From: Takakia lepidozioides
Lineage: Eukaryota > Plantae > Bryophyta
DNA length: 64,000 nt
NCBI GenBank assembly: GCA_030704615.1
Contig: CM060732.1
Location: 20,522,001-20,586,000 of the forward strand
Direction of reading: 5' to 3'
Shown: piece after piece, positions 1 to 11,479 of the stretch
Numbering within the stretch: position 1 is the first letter of the stretch
Layout of the letters: each line of letters starts with the position of its first letter
The notes under the pieces: generated by a model
The model's input: only the letters and a program-made list of their open reading frames with translations
Told to the model about the DNA's origin: nothing
Database searches by the model: none
Program-made: the position numbers and the translations under genes

Positions 1-142
1 GGGAAGCGGAAGGGGACCGTTATGTCCCGGTGAGCAGCCGAAACTCCAAGTTGGCCCGGCGGCCAGGTTGGGAGTCAGGCGCGCGCATCAAAGCGAGTAA
101 CTATGACTTGAAGGGGAGTTTACCGAACTAAGGTGTGCGACA
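1..142 (+). repeat. 3' end of the 5' LTR
   Basis: Direct repeat of 6245-6386, ends ...GTGCGACA immediately before the PBS. Confidence 0.95.
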
Positions 143-144
143 CT

Positions 145-156
145 TGGTATCAGAGC
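145..156 (+). promoter_or_regulatory. Primer binding site complementary to the 3' end of initiator tRNA-Met
   Basis: TGGTATCAGAGC two nt after the LTR end. Confidence 0.95.
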
Positions 157-197
157 TTAGAGTTCAGTACGCGATCGTCCTTGGGATTGGCCTCATC

Positions 198-3100
198 ATG
201 GGGTCGGGCAAGCCGAAGCGAAAGCGGAACGGCCCAAAAGATGATGATCCCGGTGAGCCCGATGGGGGCGACGTGTCACCGAGGCGGCCGTTTGAGGAAG
301 CGATTAATGTTTCCGAAAACGAGGCCGCTCAGGAGCGGGAGGAATCCGAGGAGTCGGAGCCCGAGGAATCTTTGAGAGCTCCGACAAACCAAGAGATGCC
401 TCCCATGCCGGCAGCCTTTTGGGAAGGGTTGTTGGCGCAGTTTGGCGGGACGTTGAAAGACGTGTTGAAGGCGGCTAATGCCACTTCCACCAAGGCAAAG
501 TTTAAGGTGAAGCCTAAGGAACCCGGCACCTTCGAGGGCGTTCGAAACCGGAAGGCACTCAACACCTGGCTCCTGGAGCTAGAGCAGTACTTCCGGGCGG
601 CCAAGTTGAGTGACGAGGATCGGGTGGAAGTGGCTCCCACCTATTTGAGGGGCTATGCTCAACAATGGTGGCAGAAACGCCTTCACGACCGAGGCCCAAG
701 CCCGGAAACCTTGAACTGGAGTGAGTTCAAGGAATTGATGAAGAGACAGTTTGTGCCCCTCAACGCATCCTGGCTTGCCCGGGACAAGATGAGGAATTTG
801 AAGCAAACAGATGACATTCGAGGGTATGTCCAGGCTTTCAATGTGCTGTTGCTCGAAGTCGCGGACATGGCAGAACCAGAAATGGTCTTCAACTTTGTGG
901 CGGGACTGGCCCCATGGGCTAGGCGGAAGTTGGAGGAGAAGCCACCCAAGACTTTGAACGAGGCAATTGAGAGAGCTGAATGTTTCTCGGATGTCCCTAG
1001 GGGTGAGAGACAAGGCCGTACGGAGCTGAACCACAAGAAGACCCGGCGGGAAGGTGACTCCTCCCGACCGGAAAAGAAGTGGGATAGGCCACGCGGCGAA
1101 AATGGCACGTGGAAATCGAAGGGAGGTCCTTCACACGTCAAGGCGGCACCCGGTGCTTCGAAAGGAAAAGCGGGTGGAGCGACTTATGGCGGACAGAAGG
1201 CGACCTTTGATGGAGTGTGTTTCAATTGCGGGGAGCCCGGGCACATGGCCAAGAAGTGCACGAAGCCCCGGCAATTGAACATGACTCGGGCGACCACGGA
1301 GCTGTCGGAAGATACCATCAGTCGCTTGGTGGAAGCGGTGGTCGCCAGGACTTGCAAGGTAGGCAAATTTTCTTGTGAGTTGTATCAGGAAACTGGCGCC
1401 TTACGAAAAGGGAGTCAGTTATTGTTCGTGGATGGGATAATATCCGGAACTAATGTGTCGTTGTTGGTGGACACAGGAGCGTCGCACTCCTTCATGACGC
1501 CGGCGGCGGCGCGAAAGTTGGGACTCCCGACAAGTGACGTGGGGGCCTCTATTGAGGTGCGCTCTGCCAAAGGAGAACCTCAGTTGGCGACAAGGTTGGC
1601 GTTTGATGTTCCTCTTCAACTGGGGAGTTGGGAGGGACGTGAGAACTTCACTATCTGCGAGATCGATGGAGTGGATCTCATTTTGGGAATGACCTTTTTG
1701 AGCAAATCCGGAGCGGTCATAGATGGCCGCAAGAGAGTAGTCACGCTGCCATGTGGGAATGGTGGCGAGGTTTTACGAGTGTCGGAAACGCCCAAATCCG
1801 TGGGAGGGCGAATAAACCTTCTATCAGCAAAGGAGTGGGCCGTGGAGGAGACACACGAGTCCCAGTTTTTGCTTTACATTAGAGAAGTGAAAGGAGAAGG
1901 CGATGGGGAGCCGAGCCCAGATTGGATCAAGGGGATTTTGGAGAAATACCAGGATGTGATGCCGGAGGATTTACCAAGCGGCTTGCCACCGCGAAGAGGA
2001 GTTGACCACAAAATTGAGGTGATACCGGGATCGGAACCGCCTGCCAAGGCGCCCTACCGGTTGAGCCACAAAGAGTTGGTCGAGCTGAAGACTCAGCTCA
2101 AAGATCTAATGTCAAAGGGGTACATCCGGCCGAGTAAGTCACCTTACGGAGCCCCGGTGCTATTTGCAGACAAGAAGGATGGGACGCTGCGGATGTGTGT
2201 CGATTACAGGGCTCTGAATAAGGTGACTATCAAAAACCGGTACCCTTTGCCAAGGATCGACGACCTCTTCGATCGGTTGGCAGGAGCGAAGTATTTCAGC
2301 CGGATCGACTTGCGCTCCGGCTATCACCAAATTCGGGTGGCGGAAGGAGATGAGGAGAAGACCGCGTGCAGGACAAGGTATGGTTCATATGAGTTCTTGG
2401 TGATGCCTTTTGGGCTCACCAATGCACCAGCGACATTTAGCACGCTGATGAACAGCCTTTTCCAGGAGTGGTTGGATGACTTTGTGATCGTGTACATCGA
2501 CGACATCTTGGTGTACTCGAAAACAAAGGAGGAGCACCTGGAGCACCTCAAAAGGGTGTTCCAAAAATTGCGAGAAGGGAAGCTGTATGCCAAAGCTTCA
2601 AAGTGCGAATTCGGGGTCACAAAAGTGGAGTTCTTGGGGCACGTGATTACACAGGATGGGATCAAAATGGATGACAGAAAGGTGAGGGCGATCTTGGACT
2701 GGGAGCCTCCGACTTCGGTCCCGGGAGTGCGATCCTTCCTAGGACTCGCCTCCTATTACCGGAAGTATGTGAGAAATTTCGCCAAGATCGCGGGGCCGCT
2801 GTCGGACCTTCTGTGTAAATCCAAAGTCTGGGTATGGAACACATTTTGTGGCCAAGCTTTTGCTGAATTGAAGCAGCGGATGACGGAAGCTCCAGTCTTG
2901 AAAATCCCGGAGTTCGATCGTCCGTTTGAGATTCATACAGATGCATCGGACTTCGCAATTGGGGGTGTACTTATGCAAGATGGACGTCCAGTGGCTTACG
3001 AAAGTAAGAAACTGAATGAAGTGGAGCGACGGTGGCCGACGCACGAAAAAGAGATGAAGGCGGTGGTGCATTGCCTTGAACTCTGGCGCCACTATGTTGG

Positions 3101-4760
3101 TTCCAACCCAGTGAAGGTGTTCACGGACAATGTCACGGTGAAGTATTTTGCCACGCAGCCCAAGTTGTCCCCAAAACAACTTAGGTGGCAAGATACTTTG
3201 GCAGTGTTCGACGTGGATATCCAGTACAAACCGGGACGGGACAATGTGGTGGCCGATGCTTTAAGTAGAAAGCAGCAGCTCTTGTTGGTGTACAAGGGCG
3301 AGACGGCGCTCCAAAGGAAGATCCGGAAGGCTTGCCGGAAGGATGAGCTGGCAAAGTGCGTGATGCAGGACTTGAGAATGGGGGTTAAATCGCAGTTCCA
3401 CTTGCAAAACGGACTGCTCCGGTATAAGCAAAAACGTCTCTATGTGCCAAAGGGAGGGATCAGGGATAGTCTCTTGAGAGAATGCCATGATAGCCCGCTT
3501 GCGGGCCACGGTGGAGCCAAGCGCACTGCGGCACTCTTGAAGAAAGAGTATTTCTGGCCCAAACTGAGGGAGGAGGCAGAGGAGTATGTCAAGACATGCA
3601 CCACATGCCAACAAAACCGGAGCGAGTACAAAAAGCAAGCGGGGCTGTTACAACCCTTGCCGATTCCAGAGGGGACTTGGGAAAGCGTCTCGATGGATTT
3701 CATGACTGCTATGCCGCTGTCAAAAGGATTCGATGCAATCATGGTGGTGGTAGATAGGTTCAGTAAAATGGCCCATTTCATCCCCACCAAGGAGACGGCA
3801 ACGGCGCAGGAGACAGGGCGACTTTACTTCGCCCACGTCTTAAAGCATCATGGAATCCCGAAGGATATTGTCTCGGACCGCGATCCAAAGTTTACGAGTA
3901 AATTCTGGAGAGCACTTTGGAAGAAGATGGGGACGAGGCTGAAGATGAGCACCGCCTTCCGACCTACGACGGATGGCCAAACGGAAAGAGTGAATTCCGT
4001 AGTGAAGCAATTCTTGCGGAATTACGTGTCGGCAGACCAATCAGACTGGATGGAACACTTAGACGCGGCAGAGTTCTGTTATAATAACACAGAACACTCC
4101 GCGACGGGAGTTTCCCCTTTTGTGTTGGTCTATGGAAAAGCACCTCTGGTGCCGACAAGTTGGGCCGCCCAGGACGTTGAGGAACCGGCAGTAGCGGCGG
4201 TACTGGAAGAACGCGAGCGTTTGTTGAAGCTCGCAAAGTACAACATTGCCAAAGCTAGGAAACGGTATGAAAGGCAGGCGAATCGGAAGCGGAGGGAAGT
4301 GAAGTTTGAGGCAGGCACAGAGGTCTGGTTGAACATCAAGAATTTTCGACTACCTCCGGAAGTGAGTCCGAAGTTCGTACCTCCGTATGCGGGTCCCTTT
4401 CGCATTCGGAGGGTTATGAATGAGGATGTGTATGAATTGGAGCTGCCGGCAAACAGCAAGGTGCACCCAGTATTCCATGTCTCCCTTTTGAAGCCTTACT
4501 TCAAAGATGAAGCACGTCCGAATCGGCAGCAAGTGTTGCGTCCGCCACCTGTGCTGTTGGATCATGAAAATGAACCTGAGTACGAGGTGGAGGCAATACT
4601 TAAGTCGAGGAGGTTCAAGAACCGAGAAACGGAGTATCTCGTCAAATGGAAGGGCTATCATCTTGTGGAGGCATCTTGGGTGCGTGCCTCAGAAATGGGA
4701 AACGCATCCGAGGCAGTTGCAGCGTTCGAAGGGCGACCTCAAAAGCGGAAGAAACGTTGA
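198..4760 (+). CDS. Gag-Pol polyprotein (Gag, CCHC knuckle, aspartic protease, RT, RNase H, integrase, chromodomain)
   Basis: First in-frame ATG after the PBS is 198. [14 protein letters not shown]; LVDTGASH; [11 protein letters not shown] and YIDDIL; RNase H TDASD; integrase H-H-C-C, SDRD, DGQTE, GPF; chromodomain YEVEAIL...YLVKWKGY...SWV. No stops or frameshifts. Confidence 0.96.
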   Translation: MGSGKPKRKRNGPKDDDPGEPDGGDVSPRRPFEEAINVSENEAAQEREESEESEPEESLRAPTNQEMPPMPAAFWEGLLAQFGGTLKDVLKAANATSTKAKFKVKPKEPGTFEGVRNRKALNTWLLELEQYFRAAKLSDEDRVEVAPTYLRGYAQQWWQKRLHDRGPSPETLNWSEFKELMKRQFVPLNASWLARDKMRNLKQTDDIRGYVQAFNVLLLEVADMAEPEMVFNFVAGLAPWARRKLEEKPPKTLNEAIERAECFSDVPRGERQGRTELNHKKTRREGDSSRPEKKWDRPRGENGTWKSKGGPSHVKAAPGASKGKAGGATYGGQKATFDGVCFNCGEPGHMAKKCTKPRQLNMTRATTELSEDTISRLVEAVVARTCKVGKFSCELYQETGALRKGSQLLFVDGIISGTNVSLLVDTGASHSFMTPAAARKLGLPTSDVGASIEVRSAKGEPQLATRLAFDVPLQLGSWEGRENFTICEIDGVDLILGMTFLSKSGAVIDGRKRVVTLPCGNGGEVLRVSETPKSVGGRINLLSAKEWAVEETHESQFLLYIREVKGEGDGEPSPDWIKGILEKYQDVMPEDLPSGLPPRRGVDHKIEVIPGSEPPAKAPYRLSHKELVELKTQLKDLMSKGYIRPSKSPYGAPVLFADKKDGTLRMCVDYRALNKVTIKNRYPLPRIDDLFDRLAGAKYFSRIDLRSGYHQIRVAEGDEEKTACRTRYGSYEFLVMPFGLTNAPATFSTLMNSLFQEWLDDFVIVYIDDILVYSKTKEEHLEHLKRVFQKLREGKLYAKASKCEFGVTKVEFLGHVITQDGIKMDDRKVRAILDWEPPTSVPGVRSFLGLASYYRKYVRNFAKIAGPLSDLLCKSKVWVWNTFCGQAFAELKQRMTEAPVLKIPEFDRPFEIHTDASDFAIGGVLMQDGRPVAYESKKLNEVERRWPTHEKEMKAVVHCLELWRHYVGSNPVKVFTDNVTVKYFATQPKLSPKQLRWQDTLAVFDVDIQYKPGRDNVVADALSRKQQLLLVYKGETALQRKIRKACRKDELAKCVMQDLRMGVKSQFHLQNGLLRYKQKRLYVPKGGIRDSLLRECHDSPLAGHGGAKRTAALLKKEYFWPKLREEAEEYVKTCTTCQQNRSEYKKQAGLLQPLPIPEGTWESVSMDFMTAMPLSKGFDAIMVVVDRFSKMAHFIPTKETATAQETGRLYFAHVLKHHGIPKDIVSDRDPKFTSKFWRALWKKMGTRLKMSTAFRPTTDGQTERVNSVVKQFLRNYVSADQSDWMEHLDAAEFCYNNTEHSATGVSPFVLVYGKAPLVPTSWAAQDVEEPAVAAVLEERERLLKLAKYNIAKARKRYERQANRKRREVKFEAGTEVWLNIKNFRLPPEVSPKFVPPYAGPFRIRRVMNEDVYELELPANSKVHPVFHVSLLKPYFKDEARPNRQQVLRPPPVLLDHENEPEYEVEAILKSRRFKNRETEYLVKWKGYHLVEASWVRASEMGNASEAVAAFEGRPQKRKKR

Positions 4761-4783
4761 TGGGGACATCAACCTTGGAGCGT

Positions 4784-4794
4784 GGGGGAGGAAA
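4784..4794 (+). promoter_or_regulatory. Polypurine tract
   Basis: GGGGGAGGAAA directly before TG, shortly after the pol stop. Confidence 0.8.
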
Positions 4795-6386
4795 TGCATG
4801 CTTAGCCCGGTTTAGCTAGCTCAGGAATCCGATTGCAAAAACTTGTATTGTACAAAATTTGTTATAAAGGAAATGGGTTCCAAATATTGTGCGTCCTATT
4901 GTGTTTGGAATGGTGATGCATGGTGTGTTTGGCTAGTGTGTAGAATGCATGCTAGCTTACAAAAGTGGGAGAGGTAAATTGGGTAATCGTGTGTTTGCGC
5001 AGTGCCGAAATCGGGTGACTCCCATCCCAGGGGCAAGGAAACTTGCGCCTTCTTTGGGAGTTCACGTGCTAGTGCGCACCTGGCGCGTGCGCGTACTATA
5101 ACTGCGCTACCGAGGGGGTTGCCTTGTAGTGCGGGCTAACGCGGAAGCTACGTGCTTCCGTTCACGTACTATAATCGTGTAACCTCGGGACGAAGTCGTA
5201 GTGCGGCTTCGACGTGTTCCCGTACCTCAGGCCAGCATTCCAAGGCGGACCCAATTGTAGTGATTGGGGCGCACGGTTGGTTCAAGGTTATCTTCCTAGT
5301 CAAAGAGGGTTCCAGGTGAACCCTTGCTCAAAGTGATGCCAAAAGCGGCATCATGAGCGATCGCAAGCAATGTTGTGCAGTAAGGCGATTCGATCCTCGG
5401 GGAGGATCGTTCCTTGGCCTTGAAGTAGGCCAAGAAGAGTGCACTGGGAGGAGCTGGAGAGGCTCCACCTTGGCCGGGACTTGGAGGAAGTCGGCCGAAC
5501 TAGCTAGTGGAGAGTAGAGTCAAGTGTGGGGTTTGGTTCTTTGCCATGGGACGCCATGGTACAGAAACAAACTCCTTGATGTGGGACGCCACAACTTGGA
5601 TGTTCGTTTCTACAAAATGGACAAGTCGATGAGGACATCGACTCCCTGTTGGTAGGGGTGTGTGTCGCGGCCCTTTGCCTTGAGGGCAGGGGGTCGGGAC
5701 ACATGAGGGGCTGCCCCTGTGGTGGGGGCAGCGGCAGCGATAGGTATGGGGGGCTGAAGCACCCTTGAGTGCCCAAGGCACTCAAGGAGGCGGAGGCGCT
5801 CACTAGGTGGAGCCCCGCACACCGGGTTGCGGTGGAGGTGGCTCCACAAGGGGTGGTGGTAGCTTAGTGGGACTTAGTGGGGGTGGCATAGGACTCACCA
5901 TGGGGTGGAGACCTCGAGGTGGGAGTCGTGGGGAGTCTTGGGACTCATCACGGTCCATTGGGGCCGCGGTGAGTGGGCCAAGACTCACCGCGACTCACCA
6001 CCGGGAGTCGAGGGTTTTCGTGGTGGTTCGCCATAAAATGGCATGGCTGGTTATGAAACCCCCGCGGACAGCTACAGAAGTATATATAGGGAGTAGTAAC
6101 CCCGAGAACGGTGCAAGCCCGTTGGTGACCAAAAACTAGTGAGTAAGCGAGCGAGCCGGAAAGCGACCAAAGAGTGGGGAGCTGTTCCGGACTGCCATCT
6201 ACCAAAGGGAATTCTCCTAGTCCCAAATAGGTGGAGGGTTTAGAGGGAAGCGGAAGGGGACCGTTATGTCCCGGTGAGCAGCCGAAACTCCAAGTTGGCC
6301 CGGCGGTCAGGTTGGGAGTCAGGCGCGCGCATCAAAGCGAGTAACTATGACTTGAAGGGGAGTTTACCGAACTGAGGTGTGCGACA
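4795..6386 (+). repeat. 3' LTR (~1.59 kb) with TATA-like box at 6081-6088
   Basis: Starts TG after the PPT, ends CA; the terminal 142 nt match the 5' LTR. The 5' boundary is inferred from the PPT only. Confidence 0.85.
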
Positions 6387-6981
6387 GACAGGGTAAAACA
6401 GACAGAAATAGGTTGAAGAAGAAGGTGCCCTCACCAAATTGTCCTTGACCTCCTATCATGACCCATGGAGGATGTGACCGCACATCAACCCTAAAGGACC
6501 TTGTGTGTGTGCAGCTTGTGCCTGAAGCCTTTTGAATAACATCTGGTAATCTGTAGGCATTCACCTTTTTGCTTCGTTTGTCCCACCATTGACTGGGGTC
6601 AGAAAAGTATTCATCCCACAACTTCTCCTCATCTCTGTTTACCTGTTTTTTGATACTTTCCTGCTGCCACATCAGCAGTAACTTGTCAAAGTCACTCCAA
6701 CCACCACAAATCCACCCAACGAGCTTACAGAGTTCAATATGAGAAGATAAAACAGACATAAATAGGTTGAAGAAGAAGGTGCACTCACCACATTGTCCTT
6801 GACCTTGTGTCATGACCCAATGGAGGATTTCACCGAACATCAACCTTAAACAACCTCTTCTGTCTGCAGCCTTCAGAATGACATCTGGTAATCTGCACGC
6901 ATTCACCTTTTTGCCTCGTTTGTCCCACCAAGCAGCTAGTTCGATTGGCATTTTGTTCATGAAGTCCTCTGCCACCTCCAC
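6387..6981 (-). pseudogene. Two tandem OSB-type PDF motifs (plant organellar ssDNA-binding motif), truncated by the LTR
   Basis: WWDKRGKKVNACRLPDV...HWV and EEKLWDEYFSDPSQWWDKRSKKVNAYRLPDV...HPPWV match the LW..F..P..WWDNR..K.NP..PDF...PWV pattern of OSB PDF motifs; the ORF stop lies inside the LTR. Confidence 0.75.
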
Positions 6982-8949
6982 TCAACCTCCGCGGCCATGA
7001 TTTTGACTCACGGATTGATCTGTGAGAACCACCACGGTGCATATGAACAGGTAGAGATTGAAGACGGCCTGCTAAGACCAAGCTGACTCTCCCAAGAACC
7101 TTGCAAACATCAGGAAGAATACCAAATCATGGTACCGACAGGAGCCAAGAGCCCACCTTTACAGGATATACAAACTTCTTCAGATCATACATTAAGAAAA
7201 AGCGACACCCTTCCCCCATCATTTGCTTGATCCTTCATCTGCCAAGACAATCTCTTAAGCAAGTCTTCAGCTCAGCATGGATTTCCTCAAATTCGTTGAG
7301 AGCTTGCAGCTTGCAAGGTGAACGATGGCGGAAAACGCAGATCAAGAAATCAAGATCCGGGCATTTCGGGCAGTTCCGGAAACGTTGGCGCGGCAATTTC
7401 TATGTGCGTATTTTAGGCGGGCAGTCCGGGCAGATTGACAAAATTTGACGACGAAACGTGGCTACGTAACGTGGCGATGAAAACGTGCCACTTTGGCACC
7501 CTATTCCTGCTCTACGCTAAACTAGCTTCCGACCTTTGGTCGTCGCTAGAACTAGGGCTTTGCGTTGCTCCGCACTACTAGCGACGAATTTTGAGAACAG
7601 TGATTCTTTTGATTGGAAACATATACTATTCATTGTTTGATGTAGCTGCCTCTATCTATGCCCAAGAAATGAGGGGGAGTTGAACCCTCTTTTCTGTTTT
7701 AACATTTGTTTCGTCTTGATTGGAAGTCGGTTGTTCCTATCTTTTCCGTTGCTCATCATTTAGTTTCTCATCATTTAGTTTTATTGTCTTGATAAAAAAA
7801 ATGATCAACTTGCTAAAAAATAATTGTCTTGGTATTGATAGGTATTTGTTTTCAATGTTTTACATAGTTTGTTCGAAGATTTGTCCCCCTTGGCAGATCG
7901 TCTCCAACTGCAACTGAGGAGTGCCCCATAGAATTCCCAATTCCAAATGGGCTATTACTTGGCAGCCCCTGGGCATTACGACCTGGGGCTTGAGGACCTC
8001 CAATTGGTACCTGTAAGAACCAATCAAAACTATCTCACTAAACACCATAGGAAAAAGGGTTCAATCTGGAATTCTTTTGATTGAAAGATGCATTGTAAGT
8101 AGTTAGGTATGTGTCACCCGTGCATTTTCTTGTATGTATTCTACAAGGAAGATGAAACAGAACAAACTCCCTAAGTTATCCATGTTTTTGGTGCTGTCAT
8201 GACCATGGGATTAGAACCAGACCTCTCGAGATTTTGAAAAGGCATGTTTGAAAGGCAGTAGCAGGCCTGTATGGACACCTGCCAATCTGTTATGTGTACA
8301 GTATGGGTGATTGAGAAATGCCTTAGTCCAACTGAACTTCAGTATTTTGCAATTGCATGTAAGACGCATGTAAAACATTTGTATCAAGGTAAGGTAGCAA
8401 ACAGTTGGTTACTCAGCCAAGTAATCTAAACATAGTTTCTGGCAGATAGTCTGATCATGATGTACCTGAAAATTCTTGAGACGCCGTGAATGAGATCTGA
8501 AAGACCTTTACATTTGGCTCAGAACCAGGTTGGAATGGTGCCATTGTGTAGAAAGTCTTTTCGGTACGCAATATGGATAATGAATTTCGTGTATGAAGCA
8601 TGATTTTGAAATCTGCTGGAATGCCTGGTGAACACTGAAGAAAGCAGGGGTGACAACGGTATGCCACCTGGTTTATGTGGAATGGTGAGAGACAAATCAC
8701 CTGGGAATTAAAAGTGGGGCACGTGCTGTGGAAAGTATCTTTTCAGCACCATGACCGTAATCTAAAGCACAAAAAAGGGACCCATAATCCAGCTCCTTTC
8801 CAGCAAGGGTTTTTGGTGGTAGGGCACGGAGAGAAATACCTCTAAGCACAACATCTGATCGCAATCTAGATGTTGATTATCTTGAGCTTAGCCCTGTTAG
8901 AGCAGCGTACAGGAGTATCTGTGCACACCTTCTACATGATCCAATCACT

Positions 8950-9140
8950 GACACGATCAATTCCAAATCTGATGATGTCAGCATGCATCCCTTTGCCTTT
9001 TTTCAGGGACGTTCCTAGGCTTGCACATGCATGCAGAGTACAAGTGAAGTGACCTTGTCAGGCATCACCCCTTCCTGTCTCATTTCCTCATTCATTTCTA
9101 GAGCATCCCTTCCACACCTCAATATCGTGCCATCATCACG
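8950..9140 (-). pseudogene. PPR fragment
   Basis: GRDALEMNEEMRQEGVMPDKVT and IHADIIRFG-like translations. Confidence 0.65.
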
Positions 9141-9261
9141 TTCCACGGGACAACATTTCATGCAGACATGGTGGCGAACACTTGATGTGCATCTTTCTCT
9201 TGTCAGAGTCGGCCCGAAATTTCCATTTTGAATTCTGCAAGTTAGCTGGTTGAGTGAATGT

Positions 9262-10553
9262 GGTTTGGAGTGACTTTGACATGATACTGCCAATGTGCTA
9301 ACAGGAAAGTATCCGAAAACAGATGACAGAGAGAAGGTGTGGAATGAATACTTTGTTGACCCTAGTCAATGGTATCCCCGAGGCAAAGAGTTGAATCCCT
9401 GTTAGATGACAGAGAGTAGCAGACGCAATTCAGCATATGAACTAGTGTGGTTGGGTGTTTCCTAGGTTGTCATTGTCAGCTGCTAGCAGCAAGGGAAAAG
9501 ATGAATGCATGATTTGTGCAGAGGCATGGATTTTGGCATTTGACGCCAAAATGCCGAAATGAGACGTGGTCTCTTGGACTGCAATATTTGCAGGATGTAC
9601 TGAGCAAGGGCATGGTGAAGAGGCATTTGAACTCTTTGGGCAAATGCCACAAGAAGGTGTAGAGCCCGACAAGGTCACTCTCATTTGCATCCTCAAAAGG
9701 TGTGCCAGCCCAGCCGCTCTAGGGCAGGGCAAGGGGCTTCATGCCCACATTGTCAGAGCTGGATTTGAATCAGATGTTTATATAGGAACTAGCCTTGTCC
9801 ATATGTATGCCAAGTGTGGGAGTTTGGTGGATGCGCGAAAGATGTTTGAAAAATGTCTAGCCGAGATGTGATTTCATGGAATGCTCACGGAAGAGGCATT
9901 TCAGCTCTTTCGGCAAATGCAACTAGAAGGCGTGATGGTCCATGCCCATATCATTGAAGCTGGCTTTGAGTCAGATGTCCATGTGGGAAACACCCTTCTC
10001 AGCATGTATGTCAAGTGTAGGAGTCTGGTGGATCAATGCCGAGTCTTTAACAATATGCCTGAACAAGATGTGGTTTCATGGAATGCAATGATTGCAGGAT
10101 ACATCCAGCAAGGGCGCAGTGAAGAGGCATTTGAACTCTTCTGGCAAATGCAACGAGTAGGTATGAAGCCTGACAAGCTCACATTTGTTACCATCCTCAA
10201 CGCCTGCACCGGCCAGCAGCACTGGAACAGGACAGGCGTGTACATGCCCACATCACAGAAGGTGGAGTTGAGGCAATTGACTGTTTAGGGAATGCCCTTG
10301 TCAACATGTATGCCAGATGTGGAAGCGTGGTGGATGTGCGGAGAGTGTTTGATGCTTCCATAATTATAGCAACATGAGCTAGCTGAATGCATCCTAGGAC
10401 GCATGTTCTAAAATTAGAACCACAAAATGCTGCAGTGTATATGTTGCTGTCAAATATCTATGCTGCAACTCAGATGTGGACAATCTAGAGAAGACCAGAA
10501 AATTGATGGAGGATAGAAGTCTGAAAAAGGTGGGCAGGCGAAGCTGGATATAG
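9262..10553 (+). pseudogene. PDF motif + PLS-class PPR array + E domain, frameshifted (unit 1)
   Basis: KVWNEYFVDPSQW at ~9335-9375; DVVSWTAI..G..EEAFELF..M..EGV.PDKVT repeats; E-like RKLMEDRSLKK..SWI at ~10495-10553; multiple stops and frameshifts. Confidence 0.85.
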
Positions 10554-10791
10554 ATCACACCACAAACAGGGGAGATCTTTCCAATCTTGAAACATTGCGG
10601 AAGGGGATGAAAGAGAGGATATGTTTCTGACACATTTTGTGTTGCGTACTCTGGATCAGGTGCAGAAAATGGTAGTCTGCATATGTGGAGTCCTCGCATG
10701 GACCTTGCCTGTGATGGTAAAAAAGAATACAAGGCCTATGCAGGTTGCAGCGTGAAGACAAGGCTTTTGGATCGCCAATTTTTACTCAGGC

Positions 10792-11478
10792 GAGGAGAAG
10801 CTGTGGAATGAATACTTTTCTGACCCTTGTTAATGGTGGGACAATCGAGGCAAAAAGGTAAATGCCTGTTGGATAATAGAGAGTATCAGATGTAATTGAG
10901 CATAGGAACTAGTATGATAAGTTGAGTTGGGTATTTTTTAGAACAAATCTAGGCTGTCATTGTCGGCTGCTAGCAGCAAAGCAAGGATGTATGCATGAGT
11001 GGTTGAGCAAAGGGAGTCTTTGACAATGTGGCTGAATGAAATGTGGTGTCGTGGAATGCGATGATCGCAGGATATGCCCAGCATGGTTGTCAAGGTCCTG
11101 CAACTATTTGAAGGAATGCGAAAGAACGGCTTGAAGCCGGACAATATCACCTTTATATGTGTTCTCTCTGCATGCAGCCACACTGGCCTACTGAAATCCA
11201 GATGTTGTGGTGTGGAAGGCCTTGCTTGGTGCCTGCACAATCCATGGCAATGTGGAGATGGTGCGACTTATGTGTTGCTATCAAACATCTATGCCGCAGC
11301 TGGCAGGTGGGATGATACTGCAAAGGTGAGAAGAATGATCACGGTCAGAGGGGTTAGAAAGGAGCCAGGAGCCAGGTCGCTGCTGCATTGAGGTTGGCAA
11401 CAGGGTGCACACCTTCATTGTAGATGACAAGTTACATCCCAGAATTAAGAAAATCCATGCTGAGCTGAGAAGATTGTC
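10792..11478 (+). pseudogene. PDF motif + PPR + E/E+ domains, internally deleted (unit 2)
   Basis: EEKLWNEYFSDPC*WWDNRGKKVNA; KPDNITFICVLSACSHTGL; YVLLSNIYAAAGRWD..AKVR..RGVRKEPG; IEVGNRVHTFIVDDKLHP..IHAELRRL. Confidence 0.85.
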
Positions 11479-11479
11479 T

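Larger units (their letters stand above)
1..6386 (+). mobile_element. Ty3/gypsy chromovirus LTR retrotransposon (Galadriel-like), near intact; 5' LTR cut by the window edge
   Basis: 1-142 repeats at 6245-6386 with 2 mismatches, both ending in CA; PBS at 145-156; single gag-pol ORF; polypurine tract then TG at 4795. Gag segment [28 protein letters not shown] resembles Galadriel-clade gag. Confidence 0.96.

Noticed and set aside
26-46. Hammerhead-like CCGGTGA...GAAAC in the LTR (retrozyme idea)
   Set aside because: The core deviates from CUGANGA at invariant positions and no stem II forms.
95-108. GAGTAACTATGACT in both LTRs matches the helix-69 region of large-subunit rRNA
   Set aside because: A 14-nt match between several kb of rRNA and a 64-kb window is expected by chance, and the flanks do not extend convincingly.
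135-197. ORF-track start of gag-pol at 135
   Set aside because: It is a GTG inside the LTR/PBS; ATG 198 is the plausible start.
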